This document shows positions 42,884 to 50,489 of a DNA stretch of 51,837 nt, in pieces. The notes under the pieces are model-generated. The model was not told where the DNA came from. It made no database searches and was given only the letters and a program-made list of their open reading frames with translations. The stretch is from Bacteroidales bacterium (lineage in GTDB: Bacteria; Bacteroidota; Bacteroidia; Bacteroidales; B18-G4): positions 1 to 51,837 of the forward strand of contig JAXGTH010000003.1 in assembly GCA_040775045.1 (NCBI GenBank). Direction: 5' to 3'. The translations under genes were made by a program, and so were the position numbers. Position 1 is the first letter of the stretch; each line of letters opens with the position of its first letter.

Positions 42884-44203
42884 TTACTGCGCTTCTTCTA
42901 CGCTGATCAACTCAACATCGAATACCAGGGTGGAGTATGGGGGTATCTGGCCAGCATCGCGGGCCCCGTATGCGATCTCGCTCGGGATGATCAGGGTAGC
43001 CTTACCACCTTCGTTCATCAGGGCAATGCCTTCGTCCCATCCCTTGATCACCTCGCCAACGCCAAGCCTGAATGAGAACGGCTGCCCGCGCTCGATGGAT
43101 GAATCGAAAACTGTTCCATCTAGGAGTCTGCCTGTATAATGAACATTTACCGTATTGCCGGGTTTGGCTTGCTTGCCTGTGCCTTTCTCCGTTTCGATAT
43201 AATAGAGTCCGGAAGCCGTGGGGGCCACAGTAATGTTGTTGTCCTTCAGGTATTTGTCACGCTGGGACTTTTCGTTGTTACGGCGCTGGTCCTGTAATGC
43301 CTGCTGCTGCGCCTGTTTTTCCTTCCGCTCCTTGTCATAAGCTTCTTTTGAACGCATACCGAGGAGTTCCACCTCATAAACGATGGTGGAGTATGGTTTG
43401 ATCATCTGTCCTTTCTCTTCAGCCCCGTATGCGATCTGCGAGGGAACGATGAGGGTGGCTTTGCCTCCCTTGCGGAGCATGCCGACACCTTCTTCCAGCC
43501 CCTTTGTATCGAAATTCTTTCCGTACTGGTACTCAAAGGGTTCTCCTCGATCTTCGGTTGAAAATATTTTTGTACCGTCGAGTAATTTCACCGTAAGGTT
43601 CACGCTGACCATCTCGTCAGCCTGCGGCTGACGACCACTGCCTCTCTTCTCTTCAATGAAGATCAGTCCTGATTCCAGCGGTTCGGTTGTGATGTTATTC
43701 TCCGCAAGGTAGGTGGCAAGCTCATTTTCAGCCTCTGTCCTCCTCCTTTCAAGCGCCTCTGCCTCTTCCTGCTGAACCTGCTCAGCCGTTTTGAAATCAT
43801 TCAGTTTTACTTCGAAGGTCAGGGAACTTCCCGGTTCAATAAAAGGAGGAAGCGAGGGTGCCCTTGCGATGACGAGATAAAAAGAATCTGCGCTCATTTT
43901 GAATGATGCACTGTCGCCGATGGCCATCATCATGATGCCATCATAAAGATCGCCATCAAAATAAGGGGAATCAAGCGGGAAGGTCAGGCCTCCGGGTATG
44001 TTTTTACTGTCGAACAGAATGCTGTCGTCTGTACCGTAATACATATCGATCGTGATGAAATCCCCGACTTTGGGGCTTTCGCCTTCATTCTTGACGTGGA
44101 ATTTATATTCCAGTCCCGTTTCACTTGTCTTATAACCGTCACCGCAGGCGGTTACAAGCACAACGGCCATGAGCATGACCGTAATTTTTTTAAGATGATT
44201 CAT
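42884..44203 (-). CDS. Multi-domain FKBP-type peptidyl-prolyl cis-trans isomerase lipoprotein
   Basis: Lipoprotein signal (MAVVLVTAC). There are two clear FKBP cores plus one degenerate N-terminal one. Examples are GDMVSVNLTVKLLDGTKIFSTED and GNTVNVHYTGRLLDGTVFDSS...FRLGVGEVIKGWDEG...IPSEIAYG. The cores are separated by coiled, Q/E-rich FKBP_N-like linkers. Confidence 0.85.
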   Translation of the reverse strand: MNHLKKITVMLMAVVLVTACGDGYKTSETGLEYKFHVKNEGESPKVGDFITIDMYYGTDDSILFDSKNIPGGLTFPLDSPYFDGDLYDGIMMMAIGDSASFKMSADSFYLVIARAPSLPPFIEPGSSLTFEVKLNDFKTAEQVQQEEAEALERRRTEAENELATYLAENNITTEPLESGLIFIEEKRGSGRQPQADEMVSVNLTVKLLDGTKIFSTEDRGEPFEYQYGKNFDTKGLEEGVGMLRKGGKATLIVPSQIAYGAEEKGQMIKPYSTIVYEVELLGMRSKEAYDKERKEKQAQQQALQDQRRNNEKSQRDKYLKDNNITVAPTASGLYYIETEKGTGKQAKPGNTVNVHYTGRLLDGTVFDSSIERGQPFSFRLGVGEVIKGWDEGIALMNEGGKATLIIPSEIAYGARDAGQIPPYSTLVFDVELISVEEAQ

Positions 44204-44226
44204 TTCAATAGGTTTAGAAATTTCTG

Positions 44227-44760
44227 TTACTGCAAATCTGTTAGCTCAACATCATAGATCAGTGTGGCTTTTCCGGATATCAGTCTTCCATCGCCGACCA
44301 GTCCGTAGGCAAGGTGCGAAGGTATGACAAATTTCGCTTTGTCGCCAACATCCATCAATAAAATCCCTTCTTCCAACCCGCTGATTACCTCGCCTTTCCC
44401 TATAACAAAGCTAAGCTGTCCATCTTTTTCCGATGAATACACCACATCCCCCGTGAGGAATCTCACCGTGTAGTTTATCCTTGCCAGCCTTCCCCTCGCA
44501 GCCCGCTCTCCTTTTCCGTTCTCATAGATCATGTACCGCAGGCCGCTGCCTGTTTCGGTCATGTCCCATTGGTAGCGGCGCAGGAAATCCTCTATGTGCT
44601 GGTTCTCTGTCTTCACCACATGCCTGTTCGCCTCCATAAGAGGCTCTTTTAACTCGCGTGGATCGATCTTCTGCCCATTTCCGGGTTCATTCCTGCAGGC
44701 CGTAAACAGGAGGGCCGACAGCAGCATCATGGAGAGGGCCATTCGAACATTCATTATCAT
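44227..44760 (-). CDS. FKBP-type peptidyl-prolyl cis-trans isomerase lipoprotein (single domain)
   Basis: Signal plus lipobox (LLFTAC) and an FKBP core (INYTVRFLTGDVVYSS...FVIGKGEVISGLEEG...IPSHLAYG). Confidence 0.85.
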   Translation of the reverse strand: MIMNVRMALSMMLLSALLFTACRNEPGNGQKIDPRELKEPLMEANRHVVKTENQHIEDFLRRYQWDMTETGSGLRYMIYENGKGERAARGRLARINYTVRFLTGDVVYSSEKDGQLSFVIGKGEVISGLEEGILLMDVGDKAKFVIPSHLAYGLVGDGRLISGKATLIYDVELTDLQ

Positions 44761-44765
44761 ATCTG

Positions 44766-45794
44766 CTATTCTTTTCCGGTTTCAAGCAGAGCATCACGGT
44801 ATTGGGGCAGGATCCCCAGCAGCCTGGCAATGGTGTTGTCCAGGCTGTCGTATGCATCGCCTCCTGCAGCATTAAGGTGACCGCCCCCCTGAAAGTGTTC
44901 CCGCGCCAGATCGTTGACCGAGAAATTACCTTTCGACCTGAACGAAAGCCTGATCCTGCCCTTCCGCTCGGTCAGCAGTACGGCCATGGCAATGCCCCGG
45001 ATCGACAGGGCATAGTTCACGATGCCTTCCGTATCGCCAACCTGGAAATTAAAACGTTTCAGTTCATTCATCGACAAGGAAATATAGGCCGTGGCATATT
45101 CACCGAGCACAACGAGCTTCTCGCTGAGCGAAAAACCAAGCAGGCGCAGCCTGTCTTCCGAAAAAGTGTCGTAAACCTTCCTGTGTATGTATTCCGCATC
45201 TATGCCTGTCTTCAGTAATCCGGCGGTGGCCTGGAATGTTTCCGGGCGGTTGCAGGCGAAGCTGAAGGACCCTGTATCTGTCATAATGCCGACGAACAGG
45301 GAGGTGGCGATCTCTTTTGAGATCAGGTTCCCGTGGCCGGCTTCCATGATGAAATCATAGATCAGCTCCGCTGTCGAAGAAGTTACCGTAGTACCATACA
45401 TATACGTGAAATCTTCCACGACCGGTTCAGGATGATGGTCGATCATCACCCTGGGAGCCGGTGATGCAGCGATAAGTTCCTGTAGGCTGCCTGAACGACG
45501 GATGGCATTGAAGTCAAGGCAGAAGACCAGTTGTGCATCCCCGAATGCCTGTGCTGCAGCCTTGTGGTTTTCTTCGCACACGATCACGTGTTCATCGCCC
45601 GGCAGCCATGAAATGAAGGCCGGGTATTTGTTCGGGACCACAACGCTCGCTTTCTTGCCAAGTGCTTGCAGGTAGTGGAACATGGCCAGTGAAGACCCGA
45701 TGGCATCACCATCGGGATTGGTATGTGTGACCACCAGTATACGGTCGGAATCTTCCAGCAACCTGGTTATTTCTTTAATATTGTTGATCTTCAA
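44766..45794 (-). CDS. nrnA: DHH/DHHA1 phosphoesterase, NrnA-like bifunctional oligoribonuclease / pAp phosphatase
   Basis: Motifs HTNPDGDAIGS, DHH (MIDHHP), GIMTDTG and GGGHLNAAG; 342 aa. Confidence 0.8.
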   Translation of the reverse strand: MKINNIKEITRLLEDSDRILVVTHTNPDGDAIGSSLAMFHYLQALGKKASVVVPNKYPAFISWLPGDEHVIVCEENHKAAAQAFGDAQLVFCLDFNAIRRSGSLQELIAASPAPRVMIDHHPEPVVEDFTYMYGTTVTSSTAELIYDFIMEAGHGNLISKEIATSLFVGIMTDTGSFSFACNRPETFQATAGLLKTGIDAEYIHRKVYDTFSEDRLRLLGFSLSEKLVVLGEYATAYISLSMNELKRFNFQVGDTEGIVNYALSIRGIAMAVLLTERKGRIRLSFRSKGNFSVNDLAREHFQGGGHLNAAGGDAYDSLDNTIARLLGILPQYRDALLETGKE

Positions 45795-45872
45795 AAAGCT
45801 GTATTATTAAGTTTATGATCACTAAATTACTCAAAAGGGGGCATTAATCATGTAACGGATAGCAGATATTAT

Positions 45873-45880
45873 TATTTTTG
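45873..45880 (+). promoter_or_regulatory. -7 promoter box TATTTTTG for ndk
   Basis: Exact TAnnTTTG, 34 nt upstream of ATG 45915. Confidence 0.5.
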
Positions 45881-45914
45881 CCCGATCAATACACAAAAAT
45901 TTAAACACATCGAT

Positions 45915-46334
45915 ATGAGCGGAAACAAGACCCTGATGATGATCAAGCCCACTGCAGTGCGCAAAGGGTTTATCGGACCTATACTGGCCAAGGTCGCCGA
46001 AGGCGGATTTACCATCAGAGCCATGAAATACACAAGGCTGAGCCTTGAGCAGGCAAAAGCCTTTTATGCAGTGCACAAGGACCGGCCATTTTATGATGAG
46101 TTGACTGCCTTCATGTCGTCGGGGCCCATTGTTGCAGCTATACTCGAAAAAGAGAATGCGGTGGAGGCCTGGCGCAATTACATTGGCGCCACAAACCCTG
46201 CAGAAGCAGCTGATGGCACGATTCGCAAGCTTTATGGCACCTCCCTCGGCGAAAATGCCGTACACGGCTCCGACAGCGATGAGAATGCAGCTATTGAATG
46301 TAACTTCTTCTTCGCTGCCACCGAGCGTCACTGA
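45915..46334 (+). CDS. ndk: Nucleoside-diphosphate kinase
   Basis: 139 aa with TLMMIKP, ...[11 protein letters not shown]..., GATNP and the active-site block NAVHGSDS. Confidence 0.95.
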   Translation: MSGNKTLMMIKPTAVRKGFIGPILAKVAEGGFTIRAMKYTRLSLEQAKAFYAVHKDRPFYDELTAFMSSGPIVAAILEKENAVEAWRNYIGATNPAEAADGTIRKLYGTSLGENAVHGSDSDENAAIECNFFFAATERH

Positions 46335-46336
46335 GA

Positions 46337-46786
46337 TCATTCAGCGGGCGAATAAGCCCGAAAAGTGCCGTCAGCGTAGAATATCACGATCCTGTCGGCC
46401 TTTTTTTGCTCCCCTGCCACCCGTTTCCCGGCTGTGGCCGTTCTGGTTGGCGCCGGATCTTCTTCCCTGATATTCGCGCTTTTACGCGCTCCGCCGCTGC
46501 TGCTAAGCGTTTCGCCCAGTTCCATGGTGGTTTGCCCTCCCCCGGCAACGGCAGGCCTGTCAGCCGCTTCAACATCTCCCGAAAACATACTTCCCTTTCC
46601 GGTCAAGAGCCATTCCGGATCAACATCCGGGTAGGCCAGGATGATCTTGGTGACAAAATCAAGACTGGGTTTGTTGCGTCCCGACAAGACATGAGATACA
46701 CTTGAAGGCTGAACACCCACCTCGTCGGCAAACTGCGAAGCCGTCAATTTCTTTGATCTTATCAACTGTGATATCCTCTCTAGCAT
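46337..46786 (-). CDS. XRE-family helix-turn-helix transcriptional regulator
   Basis: The N-terminal ~65 aa are a classic HTH_3 (LTASQFADEVGVQPSSVSHVLSGRNKPSLDFV...). The C-terminal part is low-complexity. Confidence 0.8.
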   Translation of the reverse strand: MLERISQLIRSKKLTASQFADEVGVQPSSVSHVLSGRNKPSLDFVTKIILAYPDVDPEWLLTGKGSMFSGDVEAADRPAVAGGGQTTMELGETLSSSGGARKSANIREEDPAPTRTATAGKRVAGEQKKADRIVIFYADGTFRAYSPAE

Positions 46787-46819
46787 CGTTTACATAATTA
46801 AAATCCGACAAGCATTTAT

Positions 46820-46879
46820 TTACAAATGTACAACAATGCGGGATTACATGTGTAATTAACTGTTATTCACATTTGTAAT
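46820..46879. promoter_or_regulatory. Cluster of three TTACA-N2/3-TGTAA-type palindromic boxes (TTACAAATGTAC, TTACATGTGTAA, TTCACATTTGTAA), candidate operators; the first overlaps a minus-strand -7 box
   Basis: Read directly at 46820-46831, 46844-46855 and 46866-46878, 34-92 nt upstream of the XRE gene start. Confidence 0.5.
46823..46830 (-). promoter_or_regulatory. -7 promoter box (TACATTTG on the minus strand) for the XRE gene
   Basis: Exact TAnnTTTG, 36 nt upstream of ATG 46786, embedded in the first palindromic box. Confidence 0.45.
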
Positions 46880-47149
46880 TTTTATATGCTTATAAAACAC
46901 TACATTTTATATCATTGTATTTCAATATATTATAATTATTTATTCATTATCTATAATACTCCATGCCTACTTATACCTTTACTTTATATGAATTTTATAT
47001 TTAGCTGATTATCTGCTTTTATAAATTGTTTTTGCCTGTGTTTTCAAGCATTTTTACAATTGTCGGATAAATGTGCTGAACACGATAATTCTATGTTATT
47101 TTGGTGAATTGTAAATGCGCTTATAGATCAATAGATTACACCTGCTTGT

Positions 47150-47173
47150 TTACATATGTAATTACATTTGTAA
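47150..47173. promoter_or_regulatory. Two abutting 12-bp palindromic boxes TTACATATGTAA (perfect) and TTACATTTGTAA, candidate operators
   Basis: Read directly, about 100 nt upstream of the Omp85-like gene. Same consensus as the boxes at 46820-46879. Confidence 0.5.
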
Positions 47174-47264
47174 ATTTTTAATATTCATTCCTTTTATTGA
47201 AAATCAGTCCTCCGGATTTTGATCCACGGGCCGAAAAGGATTTGTCATCACCGGCTTGAATATG

Positions 47265-47272
47265 TAAATTTG
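47265..47272 (+). promoter_or_regulatory. -7 promoter box TAAATTTG for the Omp85-like gene
   Basis: Exact TAnnTTTG only 4 nt before ATG 47277. This implies a leaderless mRNA, or use of the in-frame ATG at 47286. Confidence 0.45.
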
Positions 47273-47276
47273 TTCT

Positions 47277-49262
47277 ATGCCAGCCATGCGGATCATAAAG
47301 GCCCGGCCTGCTGCCATCCTGGCCTCTTTAATGCTGTTGACCTTCCCTGCCCTTCTCACGGGGCAGGTTGTCCAGCCGTCCGACTCCTTAATGAAAGTCC
47401 GTGTAAAAGGGAACCGCTTCTTCATTGCCAGTGATACCAACTTTTTCGTTCAGAACGACACCATGCTCCTGGTTCCCGGGAACCTGGAATATATGGTATC
47501 GAGATATCCGCCCCTGAATGATGCGGGAACCTACCGTGAAATCCGACAGCGAATGGGGAAGAGCAGGTTCCTGCAACCCTTATACAACCTTACGTTCGTT
47601 GATCCGGGTGATGGCCCGGAGCAGGGAGGTGAAAAGCTGAAGGAAAGCACGAAGCCCTTTAAACAGTATGAGGGAAAAGTGATCAGGGATATCCGGTTCA
47701 TGACCCTGGAGCCTTTTGGCCCGGGTATTTATGATACCGCCGGGCAACCGTACACTACTGCTGGTAAAGTGGGAAATGCACTGCATATCAAAACACGTTC
47801 GTATATCCTTCGCGACAACCTGCTGATCAGCGAGGGCGAGCTGCTCGACCCGCTGGCCATATCCGACAATGAACTCCTGATCCGTAACCTGAGTTATATA
47901 GACGATACCCGTTTCGTGGTCGTACCGGATGAAAACAGCGATTCGGTCGATATCGTGGTGATCACGAAGGATAAATTCTCAGTGGGAATCAACCCTATCA
48001 TCAAGTCGTATAACAATGTTACCATCAAATTGTGGAATGAGAACCTTTACGGCCTGGGACACCACATCCAGGGCGAGGCTTCGTTTATCGCCGATCGACA
48101 GCCGCTGGCCCGTTTTGAGCACGGGAGTTACACTATTCCGAACATCAACGGTTCCTTCATCACGGGGAACATTGCCTACGACCTGATCGACGATACACAT
48201 AAATATTCGATCGGGTTTACCAGGGGATACCTCCCCCCTTCCATCAATACAGGGCTTGGTATGCAGTATGCGCGCTATTCTTGGGAGGAAGAAAGCAATG
48301 GACTGGATTCCGTACCGGGCATTTCAGACTATGAAATGGAGATACAGCAGTTGTTTCTCGGCCATGCATTTGACCTGAAAGATAAAGAAAACAGCCTCAT
48401 GCACAATATCTATATAACCCCTGGGATTTCGATACTTAACCGGCAGTATGTCAGTCGACCGGAACTTATTGGTGACGACACGGCGAATCATCGCAATTTC
48501 ACGCTTTTCCTCGGGAACCTTTCCTTATCCAGGAATAATTTCTATACCTCCAATTACTTCTATGAATTCGGGCGGACCGAAAACATCCCTTATGGCTTCA
48601 TGCTCAACCTGCTCGGGGGATTTGAAGCGGGCGAACGATACAACCGGTTCTATTCAGGGTTCTATATTTCTGCCAGCGATTATATACCGCGGGCAGGTTA
48701 CCTCTATGCCGGTATAGGCTCGGGAGGATATATCCGCAATGGCCGGATCGAAGAAGGGCTGATAGAATGTACGGTCAATTATTCCTCGGAACTTTTCAGG
48801 ATCAGGCACAACAAGGTGAGGATCTTTTCCTATATTACCTACGACAGGGGGATCAACAGGGCTGCCGAAGATTATCTGAGATTCGACGGGAATAATGGCA
48901 TTAAAGGGTTTAGCAGCGAAGCGGTGACCGGCAACCAGCGGCTGAGCTTCCAGGTTGAACCCGTGGTTTTCACTCCATGGGTCTTCCTTGGATTCCGATT
49001 TGTTTTCTTTGCTTACGCTGCCATCGGGGTGATCGGAAAGGAGGAAAACTATATCCTGGATAAACAACTGTATTCAGGATTCGGGCTCGGGGTAAGGATC
49101 AAAAATGATAACCTGGTATTCGATGCACTGGAAATCAGCATTTCATTTTTCCCAAACAGTCCTGCCGACCAGAAAAACTTCAGGTTTGATGCCGGGGGTA
49201 TCCCGACACCTGTTTTCAACAATTTCCTGCCCGGCCAGCCGGGAACGCTGCCCTATCGCTAG
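47277..49262 (+). CDS. Outer-membrane beta-barrel protein, Omp85/BamA-like with one POTRA-like domain (function unknown)
   Basis: Signal peptide (AAILASLMLLTFPALLTGQ). POTRA-like segment (…IRDIRFMTLEPFG…LLIRNLSYIDDTRFVVVPDENSDSVDIVVITKDKF). The rest has the alternating aromatic/Gly-rich pattern of beta-strands. Assignment is by pattern only. Confidence 0.55.
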   Translation: MPAMRIIKARPAAILASLMLLTFPALLTGQVVQPSDSLMKVRVKGNRFFIASDTNFFVQNDTMLLVPGNLEYMVSRYPPLNDAGTYREIRQRMGKSRFLQPLYNLTFVDPGDGPEQGGEKLKESTKPFKQYEGKVIRDIRFMTLEPFGPGIYDTAGQPYTTAGKVGNALHIKTRSYILRDNLLISEGELLDPLAISDNELLIRNLSYIDDTRFVVVPDENSDSVDIVVITKDKFSVGINPIIKSYNNVTIKLWNENLYGLGHHIQGEASFIADRQPLARFEHGSYTIPNINGSFITGNIAYDLIDDTHKYSIGFTRGYLPPSINTGLGMQYARYSWEEESNGLDSVPGISDYEMEIQQLFLGHAFDLKDKENSLMHNIYITPGISILNRQYVSRPELIGDDTANHRNFTLFLGNLSLSRNNFYTSNYFYEFGRTENIPYGFMLNLLGGFEAGERYNRFYSGFYISASDYIPRAGYLYAGIGSGGYIRNGRIEEGLIECTVNYSSELFRIRHNKVRIFSYITYDRGINRAAEDYLRFDGNNGIKGFSSEAVTGNQRLSFQVEPVVFTPWVFLGFRFVFFAYAAIGVIGKEENYILDKQLYSGFGLGVRIKNDNLVFDALEISISFFPNSPADQKNFRFDAGGIPTPVFNNFLPGQPGTLPYR

Positions 49263-49268
49263 AAAACC

Positions 49269-49721
49269 TCATGCGATCTGATTTATTCTTAATGACTTAC
49301 CACGAAAATCGAAGGTTTCCCCTGCGCTTTTCCCTTCCATGGCTATATAGAAAGGCACAGCCGGTGAGATCACAAAATATTCCTTTCCATCGTGTTCGAT
49401 CCTTCCAAGGCCGACAGATACAAAGACTATCTGATCACCCGTATCCACCAGTGCCCCGAATTCAACAACCGGGCAACGCTTTTCCGTGTTGACCTTTTCC
49501 AGGATATGGCGCTGTTCCAGTATCTTCTGGAGCTGCTGCCCGAACATGTCGCGTTTCCTCAGAAGCTGCGTACGATATGAATCATAGCGATCCTTGGGCT
49601 GACCATATTCATTGGCACTCTGCTGCGCTTCTTCCATGACCCTGCGCAGTGATGCGGCCCGTTGGTCCACTTCGTGGAAACAAGCCTCCAGCAGCTTCTT
49701 TTTTAAATCGAATAGTTCCAT
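49269..49721 (-). CDS. GreA/GreB C-terminal-domain-like protein (coiled N-terminus plus FKBP-like Gre C-domain)
   Basis: Start at ATG 49721 (MELFDLKKKLL...). The C-terminal block VVEFGALVDTGDQIVFVSVGLG...FVISPAVPFYIAMEGKSAGETFDFRGKSLRINQI resembles the Gre-factor C-domain pattern (…iS..SP...al.Gk..Ge…I..I). Confidence 0.5.
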   Translation of the reverse strand: MELFDLKKKLLEACFHEVDQRAASLRRVMEEAQQSANEYGQPKDRYDSYRTQLLRKRDMFGQQLQKILEQRHILEKVNTEKRCPVVEFGALVDTGDQIVFVSVGLGRIEHDGKEYFVISPAVPFYIAMEGKSAGETFDFRGKSLRINQIA

Positions 49722-49841
49722 AAAACCCGCGAACAGCATAAAAATAGGCATTAAGAAGCTGATTTCAAAATATTATTATGAAATTTGCCGGAAACCCGGC
49801 CACTGCCATGTCAGATGCCGGAACAACACCCTTACGGTACA

Positions 49842-50387
49842 ATGAGCGAAAAAGAGGAAGCAAACAGCCCGAAGAAACAGATCGTAGAAATGCTGGCGGT
49901 TGCCAATGAGTACTGCATGTTCATCGAAAAAGCCTACGATTACGAAAAACCCGAGATCATTCAATACCTGCATCGTATTGCTCCGTTGTTATACCTGAAA
50001 GGATCGCTCCTGCCCGAGCTCAACCCTGCCAATCCCGAAGCCTATGAACGCTACGTTACGGCAGAGGTATGGGAAAACATCTTCAATGAACTCAGGAACA
50101 AATTTGGAAGGGACGATGAATTCTGGTATATCGATGAACACTATTTCCAGGGCGATGAGATCAGCAAGGGCAGCATGGCCGAATGCCTGAGCGATATTTA
50201 TCAGGACCTGAAGGATTTTGTCTTCCTCTACAGCAAGAATACCGGCGATGCGATCATCAATGCAGTGGTCGAATGCAGGTACCTCTTTCAGACCAACTGG
50301 GGATATAAGATCATCCGGGTGCAGAAACATGCGCACCATTTGCTCTACAGCAGCTACCTTGAGGAGGATTATTCCGACCTGGACTGA
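49842..50387 (+). CDS. Conserved hypothetical protein (possibly DUF5063-like, from memory)
   Basis: ORF 49785..50387. ATG 49842 (MSEKEEANSPKKQIVEMLAVANEYCMFIEKA...) is chosen as the most homolog-like start; ATG 49815 is an alternative. Confidence 0.5.
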   Translation: MSEKEEANSPKKQIVEMLAVANEYCMFIEKAYDYEKPEIIQYLHRIAPLLYLKGSLLPELNPANPEAYERYVTAEVWENIFNELRNKFGRDDEFWYIDEHYFQGDEISKGSMAECLSDIYQDLKDFVFLYSKNTGDAIINAVVECRYLFQTNWGYKIIRVQKHAHHLLYSSYLEEDYSDLD

Positions 50388-50451
50388 GCACAACCTACTT
50401 ATTTAGACAAAGTTTAGAATGAGTTTTGTATGGCATATGAACCATATTCAA

Positions 50452-50459
50452 TATCTTTG
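50452..50459 (+). promoter_or_regulatory. -7 promoter box TATCTTTG for feoAB
   Basis: Exact TAnnTTTG, 30 nt upstream of ATG 50490. A TTTG (50424-50427) lies 24 nt further upstream as a possible -33 element. Confidence 0.55.
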
Positions 50460-50489
50460 TCTGTTTTTATTTAATCTAAATTAAAGATA

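Noticed and set aside
46787-47276. The AT-rich region as a replication origin (oriC).
   Set aside because: I found only weak partial DnaA-box resemblance (e.g. TTATCCGAC on the minus strand near 47075, and one TCATCCACAA near 7575, far away). There is no cluster of TTATCCACA-type boxes and no dnaA or dnaN nearby.
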